Shown here: positions 1 to 9,708 of the stretch, one piece after another
Layout of the letters: each line of letters begins with the position of its first letter
How positions within the stretch are numbered: the first letter of the stretch is position 1
The notes under the pieces: model-generated
What the model saw: only the letters and a program-made list of their open reading frames with translations
Told to the model about the DNA's origin: nothing
Databases searched by the model: none
Translations under genes and position numbers: made by a program
NCBI GenBank assembly: GCA_031458695.1
Contig: JAVKJW010000024.1
Span: forward strand, 1 to 36,226
Reading direction: 5' to 3'
Length of the DNA: 36,226 bases
DNA from: Candidatus Thermofontivivens primus
GTDB taxonomy: Bacteria; Sysuimicrobiota; Sysuimicrobiia; Sysuimicrobiales; Thermofontiviventaceae

Positions 1-1
1 T

Positions 2-127
2 GGGGACAATGTGAACCTGGAGGTGGAGCTGATCGCCCCGGTGGCGCTAGAGGAGGGGCTGCGGTTTGCCATCCGGGAGGGGGGCCGGACCGTGGGCGCC
101 GGGGTGGTGACCCAGATCCTTGAGTAA
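2..127 (+). CDS. tuf: Elongation factor Tu, C-terminal fragment (gene runs off the window start)
   Basis: Frame 2 reads [41 protein letters not shown], the conserved EF-Tu C-terminus; lies directly before rpsJ. Confidence 0.97.
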   Translation, partial: GDNVNLEVELIAPVALEEGLRFAIREGGRTVGAGVVTQILE

Positions 128-201
128 AGGGATCCGAACATGAAGAACGGGGATATCGAAGGATGCTCAATAGGTAGGTACTGTTAGCGGGGAGGTCCAT
201 C

Positions 202-507
202 GTGGCGCAGAAGATTCGCATCAAACTCAAAGCATTCGACCACAGGGTGCTGGACCAGTCCGCGGAGAAGATCGTGGAGACCGCGCGCCGGACAGGCGCA
301 CAGGTCTCTGGACCGATCCCCCTCCCCACGGATAGGAGCGTCTTCTGTGTATTGCGGTCGCCGCACATCGATAAGACCTCCATGGAGCACTTCGAGATTC
401 GGACGCACAAGCGGTTGATCGATATCTTGAACCCGACGCAGAAGACGGTGGATGCACTCATGCACCTGGACCTCCCAGCGGGGGTCGATATCGAGATCAA
501 GCTCTGA
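202..507 (+). CDS. rpsJ: 30S ribosomal protein uS10
   Basis: [29 protein letters not shown] motifs; SD GGAGG before GTG. Confidence 0.98.
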   Translation: MAQKIRIKLKAFDHRVLDQSAEKIVETARRTGAQVSGPIPLPTDRSVFCVLRSPHIDKTSMEHFEIRTHKRLIDILNPTQKTVDALMHLDLPAGVDIEIKL

Positions 508-509
508 GA

Positions 510-578
510 ATTTCGGATTTCGAATTTCGGAATGCGGATTTGAAAATCCGAAATTCGAAATCCGCAATCCGAAATCCG
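510..578. repeat. Inverted heptamer tandem array, (ATTTCGG)x4 followed by (AAATCCG)x5
   Basis: atttcgg atttcga atttcgg aatgcgg attt ga aaatccg aaattcg aaatccg caatccg aaatccg; the two arms are reverse complements. Confidence 0.9.
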
Positions 579-587
579 AGGTCAGAT

Positions 588-1220
588 ATGGCTGGGCTTT
601 TGGGTAGAAAAGTTGGGATGACGCAGGTCTTCGACGAAGAGGGGAACCTCGTTCCTGTGACTGTGATCCAGGCTGGACCTTGCGTGGTGGTCGGGGTGAG
701 AACGCCAGAGAAGGATGGGTATACCGCCGTCCAGCTGGGCTACGAGGAGATCCCCCGCCGGAAGGTTTCCAAGCCCCTGCTCGGGGTCTTTGCCAAGGCG
801 AAGACAGCACCCCGCCGGGTGATCCGCGAGTTCTCCCTGGACGAGGGGGAGCACCTCGAGGTGGGTGCCGAGGTCAAGGTGGACCTTTTCCGGGAGGGGG
901 ATCTGGTGGAAATCACAGGGATCTCGAGGGGGAAAGGGTTTGCTGGAGCCATGAAGCGGTGGGGGTTCGGCGGCCAGCGCGACTCCCACGGCGTCAGCCT
1001 CATGCACAGGGCAGTGGGATCTATCGGATCCTCGAATGTGGGACGGGTGTGGCCAGGGAAGAGAATGCCCGGCCATATGGGTGGTGAACGGGTAACCGTG
1101 AAGAACCTTCGTGTCGTAAAGGTGGACACAGGCCGAAACCTTCTTCTGGTTAAGGGAGCCGTCCCTGGCCCTCGGGGCGGGCTTCTGGAGATACGGAAGG
1201 TAAAGCCTGCGGGGGCGTAG
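588..1220 (+). CDS. rplC: 50S ribosomal protein uL3
   Basis: GLLGRKVGMTQVF, SRGKGFAG, GKRMPGHMG, VKGAVPGPRG motifs; ATG 588 chosen because the upstream extension is only translated repeat. Confidence 0.97.
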   Translation: MAGLLGRKVGMTQVFDEEGNLVPVTVIQAGPCVVVGVRTPEKDGYTAVQLGYEEIPRRKVSKPLLGVFAKAKTAPRRVIREFSLDEGEHLEVGAEVKVDLFREGDLVEITGISRGKGFAGAMKRWGFGGQRDSHGVSLMHRAVGSIGSSNVGRVWPGKRMPGHMGGERVTVKNLRVVKVDTGRNLLLVKGAVPGPRGGLLEIRKVKPAGA

Positions 1221-1233
1221 CAGGGGGAGCGCA

Positions 1234-1860
1234 ATGGTGACGGTGCCGATGTACAACACCAGTGGAAACCAAGTCGGGGAAGTGGAGCTTCCTGGAGAGG
1301 TCTTCCAGGTTCAGCCGAAGCCTGCGGTAGTTTATCAGGCACTCGTGTGGCAACTCGCCGGGCGGCACCTGGGGACCCACAGTACGAAAACCCGCGGAGA
1401 GGTGGCTGGAGGAGGGCGCAAACCTTGGCGCCAGAAAGGGACGGGGAGGGCAAGACACGGGAGCATCCGCTCCCCGCTCTGGGTTGGTGGGGGAGTCGTC
1501 CACGGTCCGAAGCCCCGCTCCTATGCCTTCCCCTTGCCAAAGAAGGTCAGGCGCCTGGCGATTCGCTCCATTCTGTCCGCAAGGGCGAAGGAAGGGCGGA
1601 TCAAGGTGGTCGAGGAGCTTCGCTTCCCCGAGCCGCGCACAAAAGAGCTCGTGGAAGTCTTGGGACACCTGGGCGTGAAAGGGAAGACGCTCCTCGTCAC
1701 GGCGGAGCATGACGAACGGGTGGAGCGCTCCGCCGCCAACCTCCCTCACGTCAAGGTACTGAGCGCAACCACCTTGAATGTGCATGATCTCCTTTCCTAT
1801 GAGAACATCGTGGTCACCCGGGATGCGCTCTCCCGAATCGCAGAGGTGTTCGGCCGATGA
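1234..1860 (+). CDS. rplD: 50S ribosomal protein uL4
   Basis: [35 protein letters not shown] motif. Confidence 0.98.
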   Translation: MVTVPMYNTSGNQVGEVELPGEVFQVQPKPAVVYQALVWQLAGRHLGTHSTKTRGEVAGGGRKPWRQKGTGRARHGSIRSPLWVGGGVVHGPKPRSYAFPLPKKVRRLAIRSILSARAKEGRIKVVEELRFPEPRTKELVEVLGHLGVKGKTLLVTAEHDERVERSAANLPHVKVLSATTLNVHDLLSYENIVVTRDALSRIAEVFGR

Positions 1861-2147
1861 TGGACTATCGAGAGGTGATCCGACGCCCAATCGTCACAGA
1901 GAAGAGCATGCGGCTGATGCAAATGGGGAAGTACACCTTTGAGGTGGATCCCCGGGCGAACAAGGGGATGATCAAGGAGGCGGTTAAGCGCCTCTTCGGT
2001 GTGGACGTTGTGAAGGTGAACACCATCACCATCCCCGGCGTCACCAAGCGGCGTGGGCAGCACTACTACCGCCTCCCGGGGATGAAGAAGGCGATCGTCA
2101 CGCTGAAGCCAGGGCAGAAGATCGAGATTGAGGGGTTGAGTACATGA
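1857..2147 (+). CDS. rplW: 50S ribosomal protein uL23
   Basis: PIVTEKS, KYTFEV, KKAIVTL motifs; ATGA overlap with rplD. Confidence 0.96.
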   Translation: MMDYREVIRRPIVTEKSMRLMQMGKYTFEVDPRANKGMIKEAVKRLFGVDVVKVNTITIPGVTKRRGQHYYRLPGMKKAIVTLKPGQKIEIEGLST

Positions 2148-2195
2148 TCCTCAGGCCCCACGGCAATGCGTGGGCCATGAGGGGGGATGCCTGAG

Positions 2196-3023
2196 ATGGG
2201 GATCAAAAAGTTCAAGCCAATCACACCTGGTCGCCGGTTCTTCACCGTCTCCACGTTTGAGGAAATCACCAAGGAGGAGCCGGAGAAGTCCTTGCTCGCC
2301 CCGCTCAAGAAGTCGGCGGGGAGGAACGCGCAGGGTCGGGTGACCGTCCGCCACCGGGGAGGCGGGCATAAGCGCATGTATCGGATCATCGACTTCAAGC
2401 GGGATAAGGATGGGATCGAGGCGAAGGTGGCAGCGATTGAGTATGACCCGAACCGCTCCGCGCGTATTGCGCTTCTCCATTATGCGGATGGAGAAAAACG
2501 GTATATCCTGGCGCCTGATGGGTTGAAGCCAGGGGATAAGGTGATGTCTGGGCCCGATGCAGAGATCCGGGTAGGCAACGCCCTTCCCTTGCGGAACATC
2601 CCCGTGGGCACGATGATCCATAACATCGAGCTGGTCCCAGGGAAAGGGGGGCAGCTCGTCCGGGCAGCAGGGACCGCGGCGCAGATCCTGGCCAAAGAGG
2701 GGAACTATGCCCACGTGCGTCTTCCTTCAGGCGAGGTCCGGTTGATCCACCTTGCCTGCAAGGCCACTATTGGGCAGGTAGGCAACATCGAACACGAGGC
2801 CATCACCCTGGGCAAGGCGGGCCGCTCTCGGTGGTTGGGGTGGCGCCCGGCTGTACGAGGTGTGGCCATGGATCCGGCGAGTCATCCCCACGGGGGAGGA
2901 GAGGGGCGGTCCCCGGAGGGAATGCCCAGCCCCGTGACCCCATGGGGGAAGCCAACAAGGGGATATAAGACCAGGCGGGGACGCCGCCCCAGTGATAAGT
3001 TCATTGTGAAACGGAGGAAGTAA
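2196..3023 (+). CDS. rplB: 50S ribosomal protein uL2
   Basis: [35 protein letters not shown] motifs; ATG 2196 better spaced from the G-rich SD than ATG 2187. Confidence 0.97.
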   Translation: MGIKKFKPITPGRRFFTVSTFEEITKEEPEKSLLAPLKKSAGRNAQGRVTVRHRGGGHKRMYRIIDFKRDKDGIEAKVAAIEYDPNRSARIALLHYADGEKRYILAPDGLKPGDKVMSGPDAEIRVGNALPLRNIPVGTMIHNIELVPGKGGQLVRAAGTAAQILAKEGNYAHVRLPSGEVRLIHLACKATIGQVGNIEHEAITLGKAGRSRWLGWRPAVRGVAMDPASHPHGGGEGRSPEGMPSPVTPWGKPTRGYKTRRGRRPSDKFIVKRRK

Positions 3024-3039
3024 GGAGGCCGGGTGGCGT

Positions 3040-3324
3040 ATGGGCCGTTCGAAGAAGAAAGGACCGTTCGTGGATGCGCACCTTCTGGAGAAGATCCAGG
3101 AGCTCCGGAAGAGAGGGGAGAAACGGGTCATCAAGACCTGGTCCCGGCGTTCAACGATCATCCCGGAGATGGTGGGGTTCACCATTGCCGTGTATGACGG
3201 CCGAAAGCATGTTCCCATCTACATCTCCGAGCAGATGGTGGGACATAAACTCGGGGAATTCGCCCCCACCCGGACCTTCCGGGGACATGGCGCACACACC
3301 GAGCGGTCAACGGCATTGAAGTAG
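3040..3324 (+). CDS. rpsS: 30S ribosomal protein uS19
   Basis: [28 protein letters not shown] motifs. Confidence 0.98.
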   Translation: MGRSKKKGPFVDAHLLEKIQELRKRGEKRVIKTWSRRSTIIPEMVGFTIAVYDGRKHVPIYISEQMVGHKLGEFAPTRTFRGHGAHTERSTALK

Positions 3325-3347
3325 AAGGGCAGGCCTCTGTGCTGCCC
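3321..3347 (+). repeat. Degenerate GTAG-type REP-like hairpin
   Basis: gtagaa-gggcag-gcctctgtg-ctgccc; similar to 26116..26142. Confidence 0.5.
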
Positions 3348-3369
3348 GCAGGCTGAGGGAGGCTAAGTG

Positions 3370-3705
3370 ATGGAGGCCCGTGCAGTTGCCAAATACATCC
3401 GAATCTCCCCCACGAAGGTGCGCCGTGTGGTGGATCTTATCCGAGGCAGGGATGTAGAGGAGGCAATGGCCATCCTTGCGCACCTGCCGAACCGGGCGGC
3501 CCAGGTTGTCCGGAAGGTCGTGCACTCCGCGGTCAGCAATGCCGTGAATAACTATTCCATGAGCCGGGATGAGTTGGTGATCGCCGAGGCCTACGTCGAT
3601 CGCGGGCCTTCTATGAAGCGTGTGATCCCGCGAGCACGCGGGCGCGCGGATATCCTGACGAAACGGAGCAGCCACATCACGATCGTGGTGCGAGAACGGG
3701 AGTGA
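3370..3705 (+). CDS. rplV: 50S ribosomal protein uL22
   Basis: ARAVAKYIRISPTKVR, PRARGRA, SHITIVV motifs. Confidence 0.97.
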   Translation: MEARAVAKYIRISPTKVRRVVDLIRGRDVEEAMAILAHLPNRAAQVVRKVVHSAVSNAVNNYSMSRDELVIAEAYVDRGPSMKRVIPRARGRADILTKRSSHITIVVRERE

Positions 3706-3760
3706 TTGCCCTGTCAAAGGGCCGTAGACGGCAGGCGAAGATCTGGAAGGGGGTTTGAGA

Positions 3761-4516
3761 GTGGGTCAGAAGGTACATCCCGTTGGGCTCAGGCTAGGAA
3801 TCATCCGGGAGTGGGAGTCTAAGTGGTACGCGGAGAAACAGATGGCCGCCCTCATCCAGGAGGATCTGAAGATCCGCCAGTACATCCGGGAGAAGCTTCC
3901 CCGCGCGGGGATCTCCCGGATCGAGATCGAGCGGGCGGCAAACCGCGTGCGGGTGACAGTGCACTCTGCACGCCCGGGGATTATCATCGGGCGAGGGGGC
4001 ACGGGGATCGATGCCCTGAAGAAGGAGCTGGAGGACCTGACGGGAGGGAAACAGGTTCAGGTGAACGTGCAGGAGATCCGGCGACCAGAGCTGGAGGCAA
4101 TTCTGGTCGCCGAGAACATCGCCAGCCAGATCGAGCGCCGTGTCGCCTATCGCCGGGCGATGAAACAAGCGGTCCAGCGTACCCTGCGCGCGGGGGCGAA
4201 GGGCATCCGGGTTGCCGTGAGTGGGCGCCTCGCCGGGGCCGAGATCGCCCGGTACGAATGGTACCGGGAGGGAAGGGTCCCCTTGACGACCCTGCGAGCA
4301 GACATCGACTTCGGTATCGCTGAGGCAGCGACGACCTACGGTCGGATCGGGGTCAAGGTGTGGATCTACCGGGGAGATGTGCTCCCCGAGCCCAAGGTCC
4401 AGGTGGAGGCAAAACCTAGGATCGCGACAGAGGAAGAGCTGCCAGAAACAGTGGTCATTCCCACGAAGGCTCCCCGCGTGGTCGTGAGGAGGGCGTCGGA
4501 ACATGTTGATGCCTAA
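3761..4516 (+). CDS. rpsC: 30S ribosomal protein uS3
   Basis: [32 protein letters not shown] motifs; C-terminal tail overlaps rplP by 14 nt. Confidence 0.97.
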   Translation: MGQKVHPVGLRLGIIREWESKWYAEKQMAALIQEDLKIRQYIREKLPRAGISRIEIERAANRVRVTVHSARPGIIIGRGGTGIDALKKELEDLTGGKQVQVNVQEIRRPELEAILVAENIASQIERRVAYRRAMKQAVQRTLRAGAKGIRVAVSGRLAGAEIARYEWYREGRVPLTTLRADIDFGIAEAATTYGRIGVKVWIYRGDVLPEPKVQVEAKPRIATEEELPETVVIPTKAPRVVVRRASEHVDA

Positions 4517-4931
4517 GAAGGTCAAGTACCGCAAAGCACAGAGAGGACGCATGAAAGGGAAAGCGTACGCCGGCTCCACGATTGCTTTTGGGGAGTATGG
4601 GCTCCAGGCACTGGAGCCCTGCTGGATGACCAGCGCCCAGATCGAGGCGGCTAGGCGCGCGATCACCCACCACGTCAAGCGTGGAGGGAAACTCTGGATC
4701 CGGATCTTTCCCGATAAGCCCGTGACCAAGAAGCCAGCCGAAACCAGGATGGGGGGCGGGAAGGGAAACCCTGAGGAGTGGGTCGCCGTCGTGAAGCCAG
4801 GGAGAATCCTGTTCGAACTCGCTGGGGTTCCCGAGGAGATTGCCAGGGAGGCGATGACCCTCGCCTCGCACAAGCTTCCCATTAAGACGCGGTTCATCAA
4901 ACGCAAGGAGTTGGTAGGAGCTGTCGTATGA
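4503..4931 (+). CDS. rplP: 50S ribosomal protein uL16
   Basis: [38 protein letters not shown] motifs. Confidence 0.98.
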   Translation: MLMPKKVKYRKAQRGRMKGKAYAGSTIAFGEYGLQALEPCWMTSAQIEAARRAITHHVKRGGKLWIRIFPDKPVTKKPAETRMGGGKGNPEEWVAVVKPGRILFELAGVPEEIAREAMTLASHKLPIKTRFIKRKELVGAVV

Positions 4932-5122
4932 AAGCAGCGGAGTTACGGGAACTCAGCGTCGAAGAGCTCCTGAAGAAGCTTGATCAGTCCATCCAGGAGC
5001 TGGTGAACCTCCGGATCCAATCGGCGGTGGGGAAGGCTTCGAATCCATCGCGTGTCCGGGAGGTCCGGCGGACCATCGCCAGGATCAAAACGGTTCTGGC
5101 CGAACGGGGGGTCCGGGTGTGA
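4928..5122 (+). CDS. rpmC: 50S ribosomal protein uL29
   Basis: [10 protein letters not shown] ... RRTIARIKT; canonical position. Confidence 0.96.
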   Translation: MKAAELRELSVEELLKKLDQSIQELVNLRIQSAVGKASNPSRVREVRRTIARIKTVLAERGVRV

Positions 5123-5179
5123 GGAAGCAATCCGTTCTCTCATATAGGTTGTAGGATTGCTGAGAAGGAGGGTATCCCG

Positions 5180-5494
5180 GTGTCCGAAAGGCGGAAAAAG
5201 CGAAAGACAATGGTGGGCACCGTCGTGAGTGACAAAATGGACAAGACGGTGGTCGTCAGGGTGGAGACGTTGCGTCGCCATCCCCTGTATAAGAAGACCA
5301 TCCGCCACATCAAGAAAGTGAAGGCCCACGATGAGGAAAACGCCTGTCGGGTCGGGGACAAGGTCCTCATTATGGAAACCCGCCCCCTGAGCAAGGAGAA
5401 GCGCTGGCGGGTGGTTCAGATCCTCGAGAGAGGGAAGGAGGCAATCCCCGTCGAGGCGGTGGGGTCCTTGACTACCCCGCCAACAGAGGTTTGA
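5180..5494 (+). CDS. rpsQ: 30S ribosomal protein uS17
   Basis: [31 protein letters not shown] motifs; about 20 aa C-terminal extension. Confidence 0.97.
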   Translation: MSERRKKRKTMVGTVVSDKMDKTVVVRVETLRRHPLYKKTIRHIKKVKAHDEENACRVGDKVLIMETRPLSKEKRWRVVQILERGKEAIPVEAVGSLTTPPTEV

Positions 5495-5521
5495 CTGTTG
5501 CCGGGGCTCTTCTGGAAATAA

Positions 5522-5588
5522 GGGATCCCCAGCAGAATCTCGACAAGCGATTTGCGAGGGTTCCTGAGAAGGACAACCAGGGGGATGA
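5522..5588 (+). repeat. Structured intergenic element, homologous to 7201..7265
   Basis: gggatccccagcagaatc-N9-gatttgcgagggttcc followed by tgagaagg...ccagggggatg. Confidence 0.55.
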
Positions 5589-5618
5589 CCCGATTGATGG
5601 GAAGGGCAGGGGTTCTTT

Positions 5619-5987
5619 ATGATCCAACCATACACGCGGCTGAAAGTAGCGGATAACACGGGAGCAAAGGTGATCATGTGCATTCGAGTCCTTGGGGGTT
5701 CCAACCGGCGCTATGCCGGGGTTGGGGATGTCATTGTTGCGACGGTGAAGGACGCGATCCCCAATAGCCCGGTCAAAAAAGGGGAAGTGGTCAGGGCAGT
5801 CATCGTCCGTACCAAGAAGGAGATCCACCGTCCCGATGGGACGTACATCCGGTTTGACGACAATGCCGCCGTACTCATCAACGAGCAGGGGAACCCGCGG
5901 GGGACCCGGATCTTCGGACCCGTGGCCAGGGAGCTACGGGAGAAGCAGTTCATGAAAATCGTTTCCCTCGCTCCGGAGGTGCTTTGA
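5619..5987 (+). CDS. rplN: 50S ribosomal protein uL14
   Basis: [40 protein letters not shown]. Confidence 0.98.
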   Translation: MIQPYTRLKVADNTGAKVIMCIRVLGGSNRRYAGVGDVIVATVKDAIPNSPVKKGEVVRAVIVRTKKEIHRPDGTYIRFDDNAAVLINEQGNPRGTRIFGPVARELREKQFMKIVSLAPEVL

Positions 5988-6019
5988 AGATTTTGCGAAG
6001 GGGTGGGGAGAGAGGAACC

Positions 6020-6355
6020 ATGGTCGCAGGAGAGAAGGTGCATGTCAAAAAGGGAGACCTGGTCGAAGTCATTTCCGGGAAGTACCGGGGGAAGCGAGGG
6101 AAGGTCCTTCGTGTCTTCCCGCAGGAAGGCCGCGTGATCGTGGAAGGGGTGAACGTGGTCAAGCGCCACGTCCGTCCCTCGCAGAAGTTCCCCCAGGGAG
6201 GGATCATCGAACAGGAGGCTCCCATTTATGCCGCAAAGGTGATGCTGGTGTGCACCAAGTGCGGCCGTAGGACCAGGGTGGGGAGGGCCTTCCTGGAAGA
6301 CGGGACCAAGATTCGAGTGTGCAAGAAGTGCGGGGAGCAGATCGATAGGAAGTAA
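6020..6355 (+). CDS. rplX: 50S ribosomal protein uL24
   Basis: KOW motif [27 protein letters not shown]; two CxxC pairs. Confidence 0.96.
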   Translation: MVAGEKVHVKKGDLVEVISGKYRGKRGKVLRVFPQEGRVIVEGVNVVKRHVRPSQKFPQGGIIEQEAPIYAAKVMLVCTKCGRRTRVGRAFLEDGTKIRVCKKCGEQIDRK

Positions 6356-6365
6356 GGTGAGGGGA

Positions 6366-6923
6366 ATGGTGACTGGGCAGGTCGTAAAGCTCCAGGAGCA
6401 GTACCGGAGGGAGATTGCCCCACGGTTGCGAGAGCGCTTCGGGTATCGGAACGTGATGGAAATCCCGAAGCTCGAGAAGATCGTGGTGAACATGCGTGTG
6501 GGGGCAGCAGTACAGGATCCGCGACAGATCGACAAGGCGGTGGAGGAGCTTAGCCTCATCACCGGGCAGAAACCGGTGGTGTGCAAGGCGAAGAAGTCGA
6601 TTGCCGCGTTTAAGCTGCGCGCGGGGATGCCCATTGCCTGCAAGGTCACCCTGCGAGGTGCCCGGATGTATGCGTTTCTTGAGAAGCTCATCAAGGTTGC
6701 CCTTCCCAGGATCAAGGACTTCAAGGGGATCTCCTCGCGCTCCTTTGACGGGAGAGGGAACTTAAACATTGGCATCCGGGAGCAGCTCATCTTCCCTGAG
6801 ATCGACTACGATAAAGTAGATCGGATCAGAGGGATGGATATTACCATTGTGACGACGGCACGGACAGACGAGGAGGCGAAAGAGTTACTCGCACTGTTTG
6901 GGATGCCGTTCAGGGAGAATTGA
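6366..6923 (+). CDS. rplE: 50S ribosomal protein uL5
   Basis: [38 protein letters not shown] motifs. Confidence 0.97.
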   Translation: MVTGQVVKLQEQYRREIAPRLRERFGYRNVMEIPKLEKIVVNMRVGAAVQDPRQIDKAVEELSLITGQKPVVCKAKKSIAAFKLRAGMPIACKVTLRGARMYAFLEKLIKVALPRIKDFKGISSRSFDGRGNLNIGIREQLIFPEIDYDKVDRIRGMDITIVTTARTDEEAKELLALFGMPFREN

Positions 6924-7019
6924 TCGCACGTTGTGTGCCTACATAGTGCGTTGTGAGGAAGGAAACCAGATGGCCAGATAGGCCTGACTGAGAACAGATG
7001 GAGCCGAGATGAGGGGATC

Positions 7020-7205
7020 ATGGCCAAGAAGGCGTTGATCGAAAAGTGGAAGAGGGAACCGAAGTTTAAGGTCCGGCGGTACAGCCGCTGCCAGAGGTGC
7101 GGGCGGCCAAGGGCTGTCTTCCGGAAATTCGGCCTCTGTCGGATCTGCCTACGCCAGCTGGCACACCGTGGTGAGCTTCCTGGGGTGGTCAAGGCGAGCT
7201 GGTGA
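7020..7205 (+). CDS. rpsN: 30S ribosomal protein uS14, short zinc-binding (type Z) form
   Basis: 61 aa, CQRCGR...CRIC, ends PGVVKASW. Confidence 0.97.
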   Translation: MAKKALIEKWKREPKFKVRRYSRCQRCGRPRAVFRKFGLCRICLRQLAHRGELPGVVKASW

Positions 7206-7265
7206 ACCCCCAGCGAAATCTTGTCAGAGGATTTCGCGAGGGCACCTGGAAGGCCAGGGGGAATG
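7201..7265 (+). repeat. Structured intergenic element, homologous to 5522..5588
   Basis: ggtgaacccccagcgaaatc-N9-gatttcgcgagggcacc followed by tggaaggccagggggaatg. Confidence 0.55.
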
Positions 7266-7283
7266 CTGAAGGAGGTTTTTATT

Positions 7284-7685
7284 GTGGGCGTGATCACCGA
7301 TCCCATTGCAGATATGCTGACGAGGATCCGGAATGCCCTCCAGGCCAGGAAGGCTTCTGTGGAGATCCCGGCAAGTAAGATCAAACGAGAGATCGCCAGG
7401 ATCCTCAAGGAGGAGGGCTACGTCGGGGATGTCCAGTTCATTGAGCGGGGACCACAGGGAGTGATCAAGATCCAGCTCAAGTACGGTCCAAGACAGGAAC
7501 GGGTCATCTCCGGGCTCCAGCGGGTAAGCCATCCAGGACGGAGGATCTATGTGAAAGCGGAGGAAATCCCCCTGGTGCGCCGGGGCCTTGGGATCGCCAT
7601 CCTCTCCACCTCTAAGGGCATCATGACCGACCGGGAGGCGAGGAAGCTCAAGGTGGGGGGAGAAGTGATCTGCTACGTGTGGTGA
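7284..7685 (+). CDS. rpsH: 30S ribosomal protein uS8
   Basis: [39 protein letters not shown] before GTG 7284. Confidence 0.97.
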   Translation: MGVITDPIADMLTRIRNALQARKASVEIPASKIKREIARILKEEGYVGDVQFIERGPQGVIKIQLKYGPRQERVISGLQRVSHPGRRIYVKAEEIPLVRRGLGIAILSTSKGIMTDREARKLKVGGEVICYVW

Positions 7686-7705
7686 AGGGACGAGGAGGTC
7701 TCTCC

Positions 7706-8251
7706 ATGTCGCGCGTTGGGAAGATGCCAGTTTCCATTCCGCCTGGGGTTCAGGTGCAGGTGGAGGGTAACCGCGTCCTCGTGAAAGGTCCGAAGGGAAT
7801 CCTGGAAAAAGAGTTCCATCCGGACATGCAGATCCAGGTGGTCGATGGAACGATCGTGGTGCGTCGTCCTACGGATTCACGCGTCCACCGGGCCCTTCAC
7901 GGCCTGACCCGAGCCCTCCTCAACAATATGGTCCTGGGTGTAACCCAGGGTTTCCAGGTGGAGTTGGAGATCCAGGGGGTTGGGTACCGGGCCCAGAAGC
8001 AGGGGAGGAATTTGGTACTTCAGGTGGGTTTCTCCCACCCTGTGGAGGTGGCACCTCCAGAAGGGATCGAGTTTGAGGTTCCTTCGGCGAACCGGATTGT
8101 CGTGCATGGGATCGATAAGGCCCTCGTTGGCCAGGTTGCTGCGCAGATCCGGGCGATCAAACCTCCTGATCCTTACAAGGGTAAGGGGATCCGGTACGTC
8201 GATGAGCATATCAAACTCCGCCCCGGGAAGGCCGGGAGGGCGGTAAAGTGA
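7706..8251 (+). CDS. rplF: 50S ribosomal protein uL6
   Basis: [26 protein letters not shown] motifs. Confidence 0.98.
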   Translation: MSRVGKMPVSIPPGVQVQVEGNRVLVKGPKGILEKEFHPDMQIQVVDGTIVVRRPTDSRVHRALHGLTRALLNNMVLGVTQGFQVELEIQGVGYRAQKQGRNLVLQVGFSHPVEVAPPEGIEFEVPSANRIVVHGIDKALVGQVAAQIRAIKPPDPYKGKGIRYVDEHIKLRPGKAGRAVK

Positions 8252-8265
8252 GCGCGGTGGGAACG

Positions 8266-8637
8266 ATGCTGATCATCAAGGAGAGCAGGAACCTCTTGAG
8301 GAAGCGCCGACACCTGAGGATCCGGAAGCGCATCCGGGGTACCCCTGAGCGACCCCGCTTGTCCGTCTTCCGGAGCCTCCGCCATATTTATGCCCAGATC
8401 ATCGATGACACTACGGGGCACACCCTAGCGAGCGCATCTACGCTGGACCCTGAGCTCCGGGATAAGGTCAAAGGGCTCCGCAAGACCGAGGCGAGCCGTC
8501 TGGTCGGTCAGCTGGTCGCTCGGCGCGCCCTGGAGAAGGGAGTTACAAAGGTTGTGTTCGACCGCGGGGGATACCTCTACCATGGACGCGTGAAAGCCCT
8601 GGCAGAAGCCGCGCGCGAGGCGGGGTTGGAATTCTGA
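8266..8637 (+). CDS. rplR: 50S ribosomal protein uL18
   Basis: [31 protein letters not shown] motifs. Confidence 0.97.
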   Translation: MLIIKESRNLLRKRRHLRIRKRIRGTPERPRLSVFRSLRHIYAQIIDDTTGHTLASASTLDPELRDKVKGLRKTEASRLVGQLVARRALEKGVTKVVFDRGGYLYHGRVKALAEAAREAGLEF

Positions 8638-8669
8638 AGCGAACGAGGCCAAAAGGATGGAGGGTAACG

Positions 8670-9200
8670 GTGTCCAAAAGGTTGTTGATTCGGCGAACAG
8701 ATCCCAGCAGGTTTAACCTCACCTATGAGAAGACCGTGTGGATCAACCGCGTAGCCAAGGTCACCAAGGGTGCGAAGCGCATGAGGTTCACTACCCTGGT
8801 GGTTGTGGGGGACCAGCAGGGACATGTGGGCGTCGGCCTGGGCAAAGCAGCGGAAGTTCCTGATGCTATCCGGAAAGCCATTGAGGACGCGAAGAAGCAC
8901 CTCATTGAGGTCCCCCTTGATGGAACGACGATCCCCCACGAAGTGGTGGGGGAGTTTGGGGCAAGCCGCGTGCTCATGCGTCCTGCCTCTCGGGGCACGG
9001 GGGTCATCGCGGGCGCGGTGGTGCGGGCTGTCGTGGAAGCGGCTGGGATTAAAGATCTTCTGACGAAGGCTCTCGGTTCTACCAATCCGGTGAACCTAGC
9101 CCGCGCTGCGATTCACGGGCTTCTCCAGCTCAAACGGCCTGAGGAGGTAGCTCGCCTGCGCGGGGTACCTGTCGAGGAGATTCTGGTCGGGAGTGAGTAA
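8670..9200 (+). CDS. rpsE: 30S ribosomal protein uS5
   Basis: [37 protein letters not shown] motifs. Confidence 0.97.
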   Translation: MSKRLLIRRTDPSRFNLTYEKTVWINRVAKVTKGAKRMRFTTLVVVGDQQGHVGVGLGKAAEVPDAIRKAIEDAKKHLIEVPLDGTTIPHEVVGEFGASRVLMRPASRGTGVIAGAVVRAVVEAAGIKDLLTKALGSTNPVNLARAAIHGLLQLKRPEEVARLRGVPVEEILVGSE

Positions 9201-9222
9201 GGAGGTTCTGGAGGGTTTTGCC

Positions 9223-9702
9223 ATGTTCACCATTGGAACCCTGAAGGCGCCGAGAGGCGCGCGGAAGCGTAGGAAACGCGTTGGGAGAGGGATTGGCTCC
9301 GGCCATGGGACCTACTCCACGAGAGGGATCAAAGGGCAGAAAGCCCGGTCAGGGCCAGGGCCACGTCCCGGGTTCGAGGGAGGGCAGACTCCCCTGATCA
9401 AGCGGCTTCCCTTCCAACGAGGTGTCCGGGGGGCGGGATCGAATATGACCGGCGGACCTCCACGCCCGGAGGTCGCCGAGGTCAATGTTGAGGATCTCCA
9501 GCGGTTTCCCCCAGGGACGGTGGTCACCCCTGCCTTGTTGCGCAAGGAGGGGTTGATTGAGGGGGGTCCTGTCAAGATCCTGGGAGAGGGGAGACTGGAC
9601 ATCCCACTGGAGGTCCATGCTCATGCATTTTCCCGGTCTGCCAGGGAAAAGATCGAGGCGGCCGGCGGGAAGGTTGTGATTCTCGGGACCGGGAAGAGGT
9701 GA
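9223..9702 (+). CDS. rplO: 50S ribosomal protein uL15
   Basis: RVGRGIGSGHG, RGIKGQKARSG, GFEGGQTPL, VKILGEG, KIEAAGG motifs. Confidence 0.97.
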   Translation: MFTIGTLKAPRGARKRRKRVGRGIGSGHGTYSTRGIKGQKARSGPGPRPGFEGGQTPLIKRLPFQRGVRGAGSNMTGGPPRPEVAEVNVEDLQRFPPGTVVTPALLRKEGLIEGGPVKILGEGRLDIPLEVHAHAFSRSAREKIEAAGGKVVILGTGKR

Positions 9703-9708
9703 TCTCCT

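Noticed and set aside
540..587. N-terminal extension of uL3 ([16 protein letters not shown])
   Set aside because: It is just the translated heptamer array; homology and SD support ATG 588
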